From Selaginella moellendorffii (lineage: Eukaryota > Plantae > Lycopodiophyta): a stretch of DNA of 64,000 bases. The position numbers and the translations under genes were made by a program. How positions within the stretch are numbered: position 1 is the first letter of the stretch; every line of letters begins with the position of its first letter. The notes under the pieces are model-generated. The model worked only from the letters and a program-made list of their open reading frames with translations. It ran no database searches and was not told the origin of the DNA. The stretch lies in assembly GCF_000143415.4 (NCBI RefSeq), contig NW_003314291.1, positions 531,316 through 595,315 on the forward strand. The letters run 5' to 3'. Below are positions 13,356 through 26,954 of this stretch, one piece after another.

Positions 13356-14799
13356 CAGGCTAAAGCTCTCTTCTTCTTCTTCTTCTTCTTCCCTTGAACG
13401 ATGCGGCGCGCGTAGTATTCTGGGTTCTCATTTTCCAACCCTCTGGGAGGCTCACAACAAAGCGTAAGATCGTGATTTCGAGCACTTTCAGCTAAGTTTT
13501 CAAGTGTAGTGTTCTTTATTTTTTTTTTCCTTTCAGGATGTGGTAGTCGGCTGACTGTTACTCTTACAACTTCTATTGTACCATAGCTTTGAAACACCAG
13601 AAATGACAACATCTTTTGAGACCAGAGTAATGTCGTCCTTTTCTTAATGGCTATGGCTGACCCTTGAAGCATCACTGTCCACTGAGTGTGATGTTGGTGG
13701 TTTTCTTCTCTCTCTCTCTCTTTTTTTTTTACTTCCAGCGACGCAGGTCCTACTTGCTAGCCCGTGTTTCTAGAGCTCGTAGAAGGTGAAATAGAGCTGG
13801 TAATCAACAGGAGAATGCTTGCGGAAAGATGGGACCGGAGATAAAATATGGCTTCAAGTTTAGAGGTACGTACTTTATGTGAAGTATGGTCTGAATCTCA
13901 CTGATTATTTTTTGTTTTCCTTGGCAAAATGATTGCACAGGTTCTGGCCTAGGAATAATTTAACCACGTCCACAAGCTACGCGATCGACGCCGTGTATTC
14001 TGTCGAGAATCTCCATCCACTGGACGGAGCCATTCGTTAACATTTTCCAGGTAGAGAGCTGCCAAAGGAATGTAAACTGATACGCTTGTGCAGGACGACA
14101 ACTTTCGTCACGGGACTCCCCATAAAAACTGCTACACCCGCACAACACTACACGCAGGGGTCAATCTCAGACGGTACTTTTTCGGCACTTTAGTTTTTAT
14201 TTCAATCTCTCTGCTGGCCCTGGCATGTAGTTTTTGTGCTAAAGTCTCTTGCCGGTTGCATTGCATTTAGCAACAGCTGGGCTCTAATTTATCACCTTTT
14301 GTGTGCAGGGGATGGTGGCTCCATGTGCTGCTGTTGGTTGGGCCCGGCTCGAGTGGCTGCTTTGGCAGAGGAAAAGAGAGCGAGATCATATGAATGAGGC
14401 CAAAGTTACGAGCAGCAACAGCACGTGAAACAGTCCAAGGCATCCTTCGGATTCACCAGAAGTGGTCACATCCCAGATTTTCATTGCGACAAAGGAGGCG
14501 GGGCAGCCAGGGATTTGCCAAAAATCAAAGGCGAGTAGTTTTTCTTTTCTTTTCTTTTTGTTTCTAGCAAATGTTCTTTATGCAGCCGCTTATACCTTGT
14601 CTACAAATCGCTGAAGCTCAAGGCGCATATGCAATGTATTTATGCATCAGGTAATCCCTTCTTTGTTGCGGCTTTTGTTGAAACCAAGGTGTCCTAGCAG
14701 GAACTGAAGAGCGTGACCTTGTTCGGCCCGCTGCCAAACTTTAGTTCGATCGCAAGGCCAGGTATTGTACTTATCCATTTGTTTCCTTAATACTTTTAA

Positions 14800-15585
14800 T
14801 TAGAAGTCAAACTCAATCTCGTCGTCATCGTCGTCATCGTCCTCGTCTTCCTCCTCCTCGTCTTCCTCCTCCTCTTCCTCCTCTTCTCCTTCTCCTTCCT
14901 CTCCTTCTCCTTTGTTTTCGCTCGCTTTGTTTTTGCCTTTCACTAATTTCTTCAGGGCACTTCCAATCAATGCGACCTTGGATTGATGCTCTGTTTGTGC
15001 AGAGGGAGAACGTCGAGCCACTTTCCTGGTGTGCAAGATCAGCCTCAGCGCACCCGCGTCCCTGCAAAGTACCCGCTTCTAAGTAAGTGAGCAAAGATAA
15101 GTTCTCTCTTTCTGATCCATACTCTCCCTTCTTTGTTTGCAGCGGCCAGCAGCGATCATCGTAGCCGCATGCCAAGACTTTGTCGAGAAGAACTGTGCCG
15201 CGGCCAATGAGGTTATCGTAGAGCGAGTGGTCGTTCCGAACCTCCACACTGATCTCCTGGCACCCCGCGATCACTAACGCCACGAACTTCTTGTTAAACA
15301 CAGGATTCACGCCACCATCTGCCACAGTGATACGCTTCCATCATCAGCTCGAATTTTCTCATCAAGCACAAGAAGAACTCACGCCGGAGAACTCTGGTTC
15401 TAAACTTGTTGGATCCATACACCAATTCCACGAAAGGATCTTGCTTGCCAATCCATTCGGTGTTCTTCAAATTTTTCCCATCGAGAACTAAAACCACCAC
15501 CACATTGACATTGTAGCTAAAATTCCAACGCTACAAACGTACCATTGATGTCGAGTTTCCACTCCCCTTGTTGAGTAGCAGCCAT
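14800..15585 (-). CDS. C2-domain (Ca2+/lipid-binding) protein with long acidic C-terminal tail, 4 exons
   Basis: VLDGKNLKNTEWIGKQDPFVELVYGSNKFRTRV / GGVNPVFNKKF..ISVEVRND..DNLIGRGTVLL; tail of ~30 mostly E/D residues. Confidence 0.85.
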
Positions 15586-15736
15586 CTTTTTCGCTTGGTC
15601 TCTTTGCTTGCGATGGGGCGAATTTAAAGAAGATAGTCAATGGAGGAGACTTGGTCAATGGAGACTAGGTCATCGAAGACTTATAATTCCATCTTTGGAG
15701 AGAACCTGACAAATGCCACTTGGATCATGACTCTCG

Positions 15737-17542
15737 ATGAGAAGCAGCCCAATCTTGCGACAGGGATTGGAGGAATGCCGCGTCTACTGGGAGAATCTCC
15801 TGCGCGCCTGTGGGGATATGGGCGATCTAGCAGAGGCCCGCCGGCTCCACGCGCGAGTTCTCGCCAGCGACCACTCGCGCAGCCGATTCATCGCCAATCT
15901 CGCCGTCCAGATGTATGGGAAGTGTGGCAGCGCCCGCGATGCTCGCCTTGCCTTCGATGACATAGATGCTCCAAACGTTTTCTCGCACAGCATCATGATC
16001 AGTGCATATGCCCAGAATGGCCATTTGGTGGATGCACAGCGGCATTTTGATTCTATGCTCGAGAGGAATGATGTTACTTGGAATGCGATGATCGCTGGAT
16101 TCGGGCAGCATGGAGCTCTTCCGGACGTGTGGATTTTCTTCTCCCGGATCCCTGCCAGGAACGCGGTGTCGTGGGTTTCGGCGTTTCAAGCATATGCCCA
16201 AAAAGGGCATTTGCGCGAGGCGAAGAGCTTGTTTGATCAGATGCCCGAGCTGAGTGTGATCTCGTGGAGCGCCATGCTGACGGCCTATGCCGACTATGGG
16301 GACATCCAAGACGCGATCGCGTTGTTTGAGAGGATGCCGGAGTGGAGTATCGTGAGTTGGAACGCGATGTTTCGAGCCTACGCATGGAACTCGCGGCTCC
16401 GGGAAGCCGAGGAGATGTTTCACCAGATGCCCGAGTGGAGTGTGGTATCGTGGACGACTTTGCTTCGAGCGTATGCTCGGCACGGCCAGCTACACCGGGC
16501 GAAGGTTGTGTTTGATGCCATTGCCGAAAGGGACGCTATTGCGTGGGTGGCGATGATCTCGGGCTATGGCCAGGAGGGCTGCGTCCTAGAGGCTTTTGCG
16601 ATGTTTTCAAGAATGCCCAAGTGGAACGCGGTGGCCGTGAATGCGATGGCTACTGCATATGCTGAGACGGGGTATTTGCTGCAGGCGGAGGAGCTGCTCA
16701 GGTCTGTGCCTGATCCGAATTCCGTTTCATGGACGCCGCTGGTCACCGCACTCGGAATCCGAGGTGAAGCTGAAAAGTCCAAAGAGATTTACGACGCTAT
16801 GCCGCGGCACGACGTCGTGTCCAAAACCGCTATGCTTACCGTGTTTGCACAAAACCGGCATATTGACAATGCCGACCACCTGTTTCGAGAGATGGATGTG
16901 AGGGATTCGAGCTCTTGGTCAGCTATTCTTGCGGGTTTCGTTCACAACTTAGGTCTTCCTGAAGCGAGAGATGTTTTTGGAAAGATGCCTTCGTGGGATC
17001 TCGTCGCTTGGACGCTTTTACTGACAGCAAATGCCCATTGCGGGGAATTGCAAGCTGCTCAAGAGGTGTTCGACCTCATGCCAGACCGAGACATTCTGGC
17101 TTGGAACGCGATGCTGGCAGCGCTTGCGCAACAAGACCATGGCGAATCCTTCCGCGCTCTCGAGCTTATGTGCCTTGACGGGGTCAATCCAAACGAATTC
17201 TCCTTCTTGAATGTGCTGCTCGCTTGCAGCCACATTGGCGTGCTCGTTGCCGCTCGATACTACTTCCTGGCGATGGCGGCGGACCACTGCCTTGCTCCGC
17301 TCAAAGCCCACTATTTGTTTGTGGCTGACTTGCTTGGAAGATCGGGACTCCTGTACGAGTCCGAGGAGCTTATCCATTCCATGCCATTTGCTGCAGACGA
17401 TGTGGCCTGGGGGAGCCTCCTTGGATCTTGTAACGTTCACTTGGACGAGAAAAGAGCTGCACGGGCTGCTGAGAAGATAGTGAAGCTTAATCCAGACATT
17501 TCTTCTCCATATGTGCTTCTCTCCAATATTTGTATGAACTGA
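15737..17542 (+). CDS. PLS-class pentatricopeptide repeat protein ending in a partial E domain
   Basis: Intronless 601-aa ORF; QMYGKCGS motif; ~31-aa repeats (F..MP...VSW..M..AYA..G); C-terminal DLLGRSG..SMPF..WGSLLGSC..YVLLSN. Confidence 0.95.
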   Translation: MRSSPILRQGLEECRVYWENLLRACGDMGDLAEARRLHARVLASDHSRSRFIANLAVQMYGKCGSARDARLAFDDIDAPNVFSHSIMISAYAQNGHLVDAQRHFDSMLERNDVTWNAMIAGFGQHGALPDVWIFFSRIPARNAVSWVSAFQAYAQKGHLREAKSLFDQMPELSVISWSAMLTAYADYGDIQDAIALFERMPEWSIVSWNAMFRAYAWNSRLREAEEMFHQMPEWSVVSWTTLLRAYARHGQLHRAKVVFDAIAERDAIAWVAMISGYGQEGCVLEAFAMFSRMPKWNAVAVNAMATAYAETGYLLQAEELLRSVPDPNSVSWTPLVTALGIRGEAEKSKEIYDAMPRHDVVSKTAMLTVFAQNRHIDNADHLFREMDVRDSSSWSAILAGFVHNLGLPEARDVFGKMPSWDLVAWTLLLTANAHCGELQAAQEVFDLMPDRDILAWNAMLAALAQQDHGESFRALELMCLDGVNPNEFSFLNVLLACSHIGVLVAARYYFLAMAADHCLAPLKAHYLFVADLLGRSGLLYESEELIHSMPFAADDVAWGSLLGSCNVHLDEKRAARAAEKIVKLNPDISSPYVLLSNICMN

Positions 17543-17869
17543 AAGGTACATTTTAAACATTAGATCAAGATTTTGTCATAGTTCCACCAACATTCTATCA
17601 TATCTTTATCTTTTTGTAAAAAAAATGATAAAAGTGCACGTACAAAGTGTTGCCAACCTTAGAAATAGCAAGGGGCTCCAAAACCTTCCTCCTCTTGGGG
17701 TGCTGCAACTCCTCCGCGTTGCGCTTCTCAATTCTCGAACCCTTAAGAAGTTCATGCCAGGAGATCAGTGTGGAGTTTTGGAGCGAAAAAAAAATTTATT
17801 TACTGTCCAAATAACAAAATATCAAAGTCAAGACTACTCCAAATGGTGAAAATCTCTGAAGAGGAACAC

Positions 17870-19310
17870 CATACTTAAAGCCCTTGAGCAGTAAGCCCGT
17901 TTTGATCGCTCCAGCAGCCAGTTCGTAGTCGGACACATTACCTAGAGGTGTGTTTGTTCGCCAGCCACTTCATGGCACACGTTTTCTCATGCTCGTCCAA
18001 AAAGTATTGTGGCTCTTCTGCAAAGAATAACACAATGCTAAGCATCCAGCTTTAAAACTCTGCACTCACTTCTGGCCATCTTCAAGAGGATCATCATATA
18101 AAGCCTACCTGTAATAACATAAACATAACCAACACCCACTCCAAGAAAGAGCAGATCTAAAGCATTACCGTCGTGCAATCCAGATCGAAAGACAACCTAT
18201 CAGCAGATATAAAAGTCCTGCCGCAGCAGTTAGACTAGAATTTCATGGCAGGATCTGCAGGAACAACTGCAGCACACACGAAATAAGAAAAGAGAAGAGA
18301 ACAAGAAAAAAGAGCAAGGAACAAACCCGCTCTTACTCAAGGCCGTTTGAAACAGAGCTCTACACAGCTGAAGAAGGGTGAGAGAAAACAGTATGTCACA
18401 GAAAACAGGAATCTGTGTATGCCCTCAAGCACGTCCAGGATCAGCTGCTCAGAACAAACTTGTCAGAACAAGTATCGAATGCGAAGTCACAGTCACATTC
18501 AGAGGCGGAATGACCATCTCATGGTCCTCAACTTGAACGCCATCCTGAAAAATCTTTTGCGGAAAAAGCAACCACTCGTGTATGTGCACAGGGTGAAGAG
18601 GCGAGCCATGGCGCCTGTTGTAAGGACCCTCAACGAGACCTTGCGCGAGACGGATCATATTCGTCGTCCCTGGCAGTGAAGAAGCTTGCTGCAGCTTGGT
18701 CAACAAAACCTGCGCTAGTCAACACCAGTCAGCAGCCAGCAGACTTCCTGATTACCTTGCAGCGCCAATCCAGTGCGAATAAACGACGTATTGTATTCGC
18801 CGAACCACATGTTCAGCTCGTACCGCTTTGGATACTCCACTGCGAAGCAGAAAGTGATTTTTCCTTGAGGAGAAAAGTAGACAACAGGTACCTAAGTCTT
18901 TAAGCTCCATGTGAGCATTCAAGCGCAAAACTTCTTCGCACCTACAATGGCCTTGAATGAACGTCAGTGCAGCACAACATAAACTAAAGACATTACCGTC
19001 AACACCCAGTTGTACGCCTCCCACATCGGTTGCCGCGATCGATTACAGTGTCAGAGGCGGACCCAATTCTAAAGCATCAAAGACATCACACATACGCTAT
19101 AGTGATGCATAGCTCAGTAGCCAGCACAAAACAAAGAAATTTTCTTCTTCTTCCGTGTATTCCAGGCATAGCGAAGATAAACGCGCTGCATCTTCTTCAA
19201 AAATCGCATCACCAGGCTCCTGCATGCATGCGCTATCAGAATCATTACCTGCTTCCTCTTGGATCCCGGATGCTCATCCTCCTCCGCGTTGCGCTTCTTG
19301 CTCTCCATCG
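17870..19310 (-). pseudogene. Multi-exon gene remnant of unidentified family
   Basis: ATG-initiated first exon MESKKRNAEEDEHPGSKRKQ|GTAATG, then regularly spaced GT..AG introns; in-frame stops in exons 2 and 3 by manual splicing. Confidence 0.45.
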
Positions 19311-19336
19311 CCGAATTCCCGAACCCTACCACCTTT

Positions 19337-21598
19337 TCAACCAAATGATTGATGATATGTGTTTGAAAGAAGAATGTATGATGCCGTGCTGTCGCGCTTG
19401 AGCGCTCGAATCCTCTCTGCCGCTATCGCCGCGAGCTCTGGATCACGACCATGGAGGCTACACGCGCCCAGCAAGCTCGTCCAGGCACCCACAAACTTGG
19501 GCGCGAAAGGCAAGCACTCCACAAGATCCAGCGCGCGATCCAGATGCCCCGCTCGGCCCAAGCAATCCACCACCGCGCAGTAATGCTCCGGCGACGCCGT
19601 CAGATCGTAGTCCTCGCGCATGGATCGAAAGCAGCACTGGATCTCCTCGATCGAGCCTTGGTAGCTGCAAGCCGCTAGCACGGCCGTGTAGCAGATCTCG
19701 CTGGGGTTCCAGCCCTCCTGCTGGAGCTCGCAGAAGAGATCCAGTGCTGATCGATGCGATCCGGGATTGTGGGCGAGGCCAGTGATTGCCGCTGTCCACG
19801 AGACTAGATTTGGATCTGGCATGGCGCGGAAGATCGCGATTGCGGCGCCAAGATGGCCGAATTGGATGTAGCTCGTGAAGATGGTGTTCCAGGACACTGC
19901 GTTGCTCTCTCGCGCCCTGGAGAGGAGGATCTTTGCCTCGCGCAAATGCCCATTCGAGGCCAATGCTGCGATCATAGCGTTGTAGCTCGCTGCATTGGGA
20001 TGGGTGATTTGGGAGAAGATCCGCCACGCCTCTGCGACATCCACGATCCGGGCATACGCATTGATGATTGCTCTGACCGCGCTAGAGTCCCGATCCTCCG
20101 GGCTCAAGCGATCAAACAGCGCCCTGGCTTCCTCGATCCTCCCGGACTGGGCGTAAGCCTCGAGCATGGAGATTGCAGAGTTGGGCGATGCGAATCGATC
20201 AAAGAGAAGCTTGGCTTGCTCGATCCTGCCACCAAACGCGAGCGCTGCGACCATGGCATTGATCGTCACGGCGTTGCGATGGGGCATCCGACCAAAGAGG
20301 AGCTGCGCCTCATCGAGATCGCCGCTCCTCGCGTAGCCGGAGATGATCGCGTTCCACGCCGCCACATCCCACCGCGGCATGGAATCAAAGAGCGCTCTCG
20401 CCTCGCGCATCTGGCCCCGCATGGCATGGGCGGAGATCATCGACGTCCATGACACCGCGTCTCGATCAGGCATGGAATCAAACACTTTTCTAGCATCGCC
20501 CACTCGATCGCTCGCGAGGTAGGCCGCAAGAAGTGAGTTCCACGCGACCGTGTCGTGAGACTCCATGGAATCAAACACGATCTTTGCGTCCACGGCCAGT
20601 CCCTGCTGCGCATAAGCTCCGATCATCGTGCTCCAGGAGACAGCGTTTCTCTGTGGCATCATGGCGAAGAGAGCTTGCACCTCGTGGATATGGCCGCGAG
20701 AACCCATTGCTGCGATCATCAGGTTCCATGAAACTGTGTCTCTGAAAGGGATTCTCTGAAACATCACGATTGCATCTTCGATCCTCCCAGACTCCGCAAT
20801 TGCGCCCAGGAGGCTGTTCCACGAGAAGCAGTCCCACTCGGGCATCTCAAAGAAAACAATGGCCACCTTTTCCATTTGCCAATTCTCGGCATGTGCCGCA
20901 ATCATAGAGTTCCAAGCGGCTACAGTTCGTAACGGCATAGAATCAAACAGATCCTTCGCATTTACTAAATCATTTCTTGATGAAAAAACTGATATCATCG
21001 TTGTATACGACGAAACATCTCGCTCTGGCATCTCATTGAAGAGGGCAATGGCTTCCTCCAGATGCCAGTTCTGGGCATAGCACAAAAGCATTACGTTCCA
21101 GCAGATGACGTCTCTGTGCTCCAGCGCAAGAAACAACTTTTTCGTTTCGTCAACCATTCCGCAATCCGTATACGCAGTGATCATCGTCGTCCATGACACG
21201 AGACTGTAGAAAGGCATCCCATCAAACAATCGCCGCGCCTCCTCCAGATCCCCACCTGCGGCAATTGCTGCAATAGCAACATTCCAGCTGACAAGATTCT
21301 TCACTGGGTTTTTCTCAAACACCCGCCTGGCCTCGTCAACTCTACCGTTGGTCACAAACGCGCTCATCAGTATGTTCCACGAAAAGGCATTGGGCGCGTG
21401 GATCGATCGAAAGGCCTTGACCGCGTCGTCCAGTGATCCACACTTCCCATACATTTCCACCGCCAGATTCCCGAGATAGGTGCTGCCGCGCAGTGGGCTG
21501 TCGAGCAATCGAGCATGGGCGTGTTGGGCATTGGCCAGATCCTTGGCAGCGCCACAGCTGCGAAGGAGCTGGGCGAGCTCTTGGACTTGGACGCACAT
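19337..21598 (-). CDS. PLS-class pentatricopeptide repeat protein ending in a partial E domain
   Basis: Intronless 753-aa ORF; EMYGKCGS; long array of 31-aa repeats; ends HYCAVVDCLGRAG..AWTSLLGAC..YILLSN. Confidence 0.95.
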   Translation of the reverse strand: MCVQVQELAQLLRSCGAAKDLANAQHAHARLLDSPLRGSTYLGNLAVEMYGKCGSLDDAVKAFRSIHAPNAFSWNILMSAFVTNGRVDEARRVFEKNPVKNLVSWNVAIAAIAAGGDLEEARRLFDGMPFYSLVSWTTMITAYTDCGMVDETKKLFLALEHRDVICWNVMLLCYAQNWHLEEAIALFNEMPERDVSSYTTMISVFSSRNDLVNAKDLFDSMPLRTVAAWNSMIAAHAENWQMEKVAIVFFEMPEWDCFSWNSLLGAIAESGRIEDAIVMFQRIPFRDTVSWNLMIAAMGSRGHIHEVQALFAMMPQRNAVSWSTMIGAYAQQGLAVDAKIVFDSMESHDTVAWNSLLAAYLASDRVGDARKVFDSMPDRDAVSWTSMISAHAMRGQMREARALFDSMPRWDVAAWNAIISGYARSGDLDEAQLLFGRMPHRNAVTINAMVAALAFGGRIEQAKLLFDRFASPNSAISMLEAYAQSGRIEEARALFDRLSPEDRDSSAVRAIINAYARIVDVAEAWRIFSQITHPNAASYNAMIAALASNGHLREAKILLSRARESNAVSWNTIFTSYIQFGHLGAAIAIFRAMPDPNLVSWTAAITGLAHNPGSHRSALDLFCELQQEGWNPSEICYTAVLAACSYQGSIEEIQCCFRSMREDYDLTASPEHYCAVVDCLGRAGHLDRALDLVECLPFAPKFVGAWTSLLGACSLHGRDPELAAIAAERIRALKRDSTASYILLSNTYHQSFG

Positions 21599-21900
21599 AC
21601 GTCGTCGCCCATCTCTTCATTTTAAAAAGAGAAGCCTTTAGATCGATCCAATGCACGCGTTTTCTTCCAAATAGAATAGTGGGGACCAAAGAAACGGTCG
21701 ATCTCCCGAACATGTGTTCTGGCACACAAGCCACGGGAATCTGGACAAAATCGGTCAAAAACAAGGCCCATTTGTTGCAAAGATCTCGTTTTTATATATA
21801 TGAACTTTACGTACAACGATCAACTTGCCTTCGACAATGCAATGCACACAAAGATGGAATTTTTCCTGCCTCGATCATCGAGGAAACAATCTTGGGTTCT

Positions 21901-23066
21901 TTAGTTCACAGCGCTGCAGACTCTTCGAATCTCGCCGCGCGTGCCCGTGAGCACATCCAAGTTGCCCATATTGGTCATGGACTGCGCGAACGCGGCGTTG
22001 AAGTTGAGAGTGCCGTTTGCAAGCGCGCGGACGATGTCGTCTGTTCTTTGCTCCACCCGGAGCTGCTGGTCGATGATGAGGATCGCCCGGTTGGAGACGA
22101 GCTGATCGAAGAAGACCTTGTCTACACGGAATGGAGTTCCTTGGTCGAGGAAAACTTCCACCGAGTCTGAGGTGCAAGCGCGCTGGAGCTGCCTCACCAG
22201 CGCCGGATCCATGCTCGGGTCCGCTCGCCCGGTGCCGCGGAAGTTGAAGAGGCGGTGGCGAAAGAAGCCGCAGTGCGTGATTCCGACAGTGTGAGCGCCT
22301 ACATTCATTGACAACAAGAAAATGATCATTTTTCCGGGGTTCACGGAGGAGTCCCAAAGTTCTTTCCGTACATACCCAGGAGGAGAACAAGGTCTTGCGG
22401 AGTGAGGCCCTTGTTTGCGAAGGCTTGGATGGCACCGTTGGCATTGCTGTTTGGATCCGGCAAGACGTTTGCGTCGTTCACGATGGAGATTCTCCCGTCC
22501 CTCCGCCCGGTTGGAACGGGGTAGTCTGGACCTCCAGCCTGCTCGATCGAAACAAAACCACCATGGTGTTCAATCAATCCAAGGAACGCCTCTAGACTCA
22601 CCAGGGCGATCGAATCTCTCGTCGCCAATGCCACGATATCGGCACACGAGACAACCCCCCGGCATTGCCTCTCCACCTCGGCCTTGGCGGCGTCGATAAG
22701 ATCATACCCCCGGACGCTCCCGTTTGCTCCGTGCTCCTTCTCGGATCGGTTGGTTCTCGTGGAGTTGAGCAACAAAGAAGCATCGCATCCCTGCCAAGAG
22801 GAAATGAAGTATCAGATACTATCCATCGCCAGGAAACTTACTCGGACGAAGCAATCGTGGAAGAAGAGCCGCAGCAGTGCCGCCGTGACCGTCCTATCCC
22901 TACCGAGAAACCTCTGCACCACGCCTCTAACAATGGGTTCTACATTGCGGCACGATCTCGAGTAGAATCCCACTCGCAATCCACTGCTCTGGCCAATGAC
23001 CTCCACATTCCCGGCAAACAAAAGAAGAAAAACCATAGCAAGAACAGAGTTTCCTCTACTTCCCAT
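21901..23066 (-). CDS. Class III secretory peroxidase, 4 exons
   Basis: Signal peptide; LLRLFFHDCFVR|GCDAS; VVSCADIVALATRD; TGRRDG; GAHTVG; GEIRRVC. Confidence 0.96.
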
Positions 23067-24165
23067 AGCTATGGCTTTCTATATCTCTGTTCTTTTCCTT
23101 CTTTCGTACACTGACTATATGGTGTTCTTCCCAAGTTCCACACTTTATATACTAATGGATCCAAGGTAAGACACAAGGTGATTTAATGTAGTAGCCATCG
23201 TTTTTGCGCGCCAACCCGTCCTATTTTGTCAGGCGCTTTTGAAAGCTTCTAAGGGGGTATATTCTTATCCGCTAGTAGAAATTCTTAGCATATTCTAGCT
23301 CCCATCCAACGGCTCTGATTGTTTCAAATCTCACGCGCTTTCAAATTATAACTTGGTGTATACTCAAGCCTAAGTTTTTTCAAACGCTAAAATTCTCCTA
23401 GTACTGACTAAGTTTCTTCTCGAAACTTAAAAAACTCCCAAGAAATCTAAGAACTGCATAGTGTCTCTGCTGACCAAGTCGCCTCGTGATTTCTTGAACC
23501 AAAACAGCATTTATGATCACATTGACCATTTTAAAAATCAAATGGTTTGCCATTGCTTGGCTCAATCCAATCTCCAAATCGCATTTGAAGCTAAGACAAG
23601 TTTCACGCAAGAAAAACTCATATAATACTTCCATCTATCTGGTGAAGGGTTGCATCCAAAGAAGACGTGTGAGCACGTCTGCAATCGCTCACAGCTTAGC
23701 TCATTTCTCAACTATTACTCTAATGTTTCATCACTTGGTCATCAATGAATAAATAGAAAACAAACTTTATTAACAACATATTAACAACATATATGTATCC
23801 ATATCATGAACTACTAAACCAAGTCAACTGGTTTTGAGTAGTGTGATGTGGCTCCGGGAAAAGAGGCTTTGACTTTGAGAGATTAGAAGGCCAATGCTCC
23901 ATTTTCTTTGATAAATTGTTGTTGTTGGTGTTGGTGGCGTTCTTGTGTGTCAGCCTGGCGAGCACATAGCACATCGCTCCCAAGTTGGGAGCGTGGAACG
24001 CTCGTCACTAGGAAGTTTTGTAAGGACATCGTTTCATCCCTTTAAAGTCTCTGTCCACTTTCCTAGATCCCAAAGTGGTCATCCCACCACTTTCTTTTAG
24101 GTGAGGTTTCTTGGTCTCTCAGGGTGTTCTTCATTCACAGCTTTTGGGAAGTTCTTGTGTGAATC

Positions 24166-25392
<1,227 letters not shown>

Positions 25393-25513
25393 TTGATTTG
25401 ATTTTGGAATCTTTTTTTAAAAAAGGTTGTAAATAATGTCAAATAAAGGTACAAATGCCAATACTTAAAAAGTTTGACTTGTTTTCTTCTCTTTATTCTT
25501 CTTACTTATTTTT

Positions 25514-26751
<1,238 letters not shown>

Positions 26752-26954
26752 CGGAAACGATTAATCAACTCTTTTGAGTGTTACGTGTGTGGAGCACGAG
26801 TCCTTTTAAATCCATCGCGGTGGAGAAATCTCGTGCTTCATCTAGTCTTAGTCCAACTATTCGCAGTTGACTTTGTCAAGCCCATCAAACAAATGGCCCT
26901 TGGAATAATGTATCGAAGTATTAGGGCTTCTCCTATTTTAGGGTTTATGTTACC

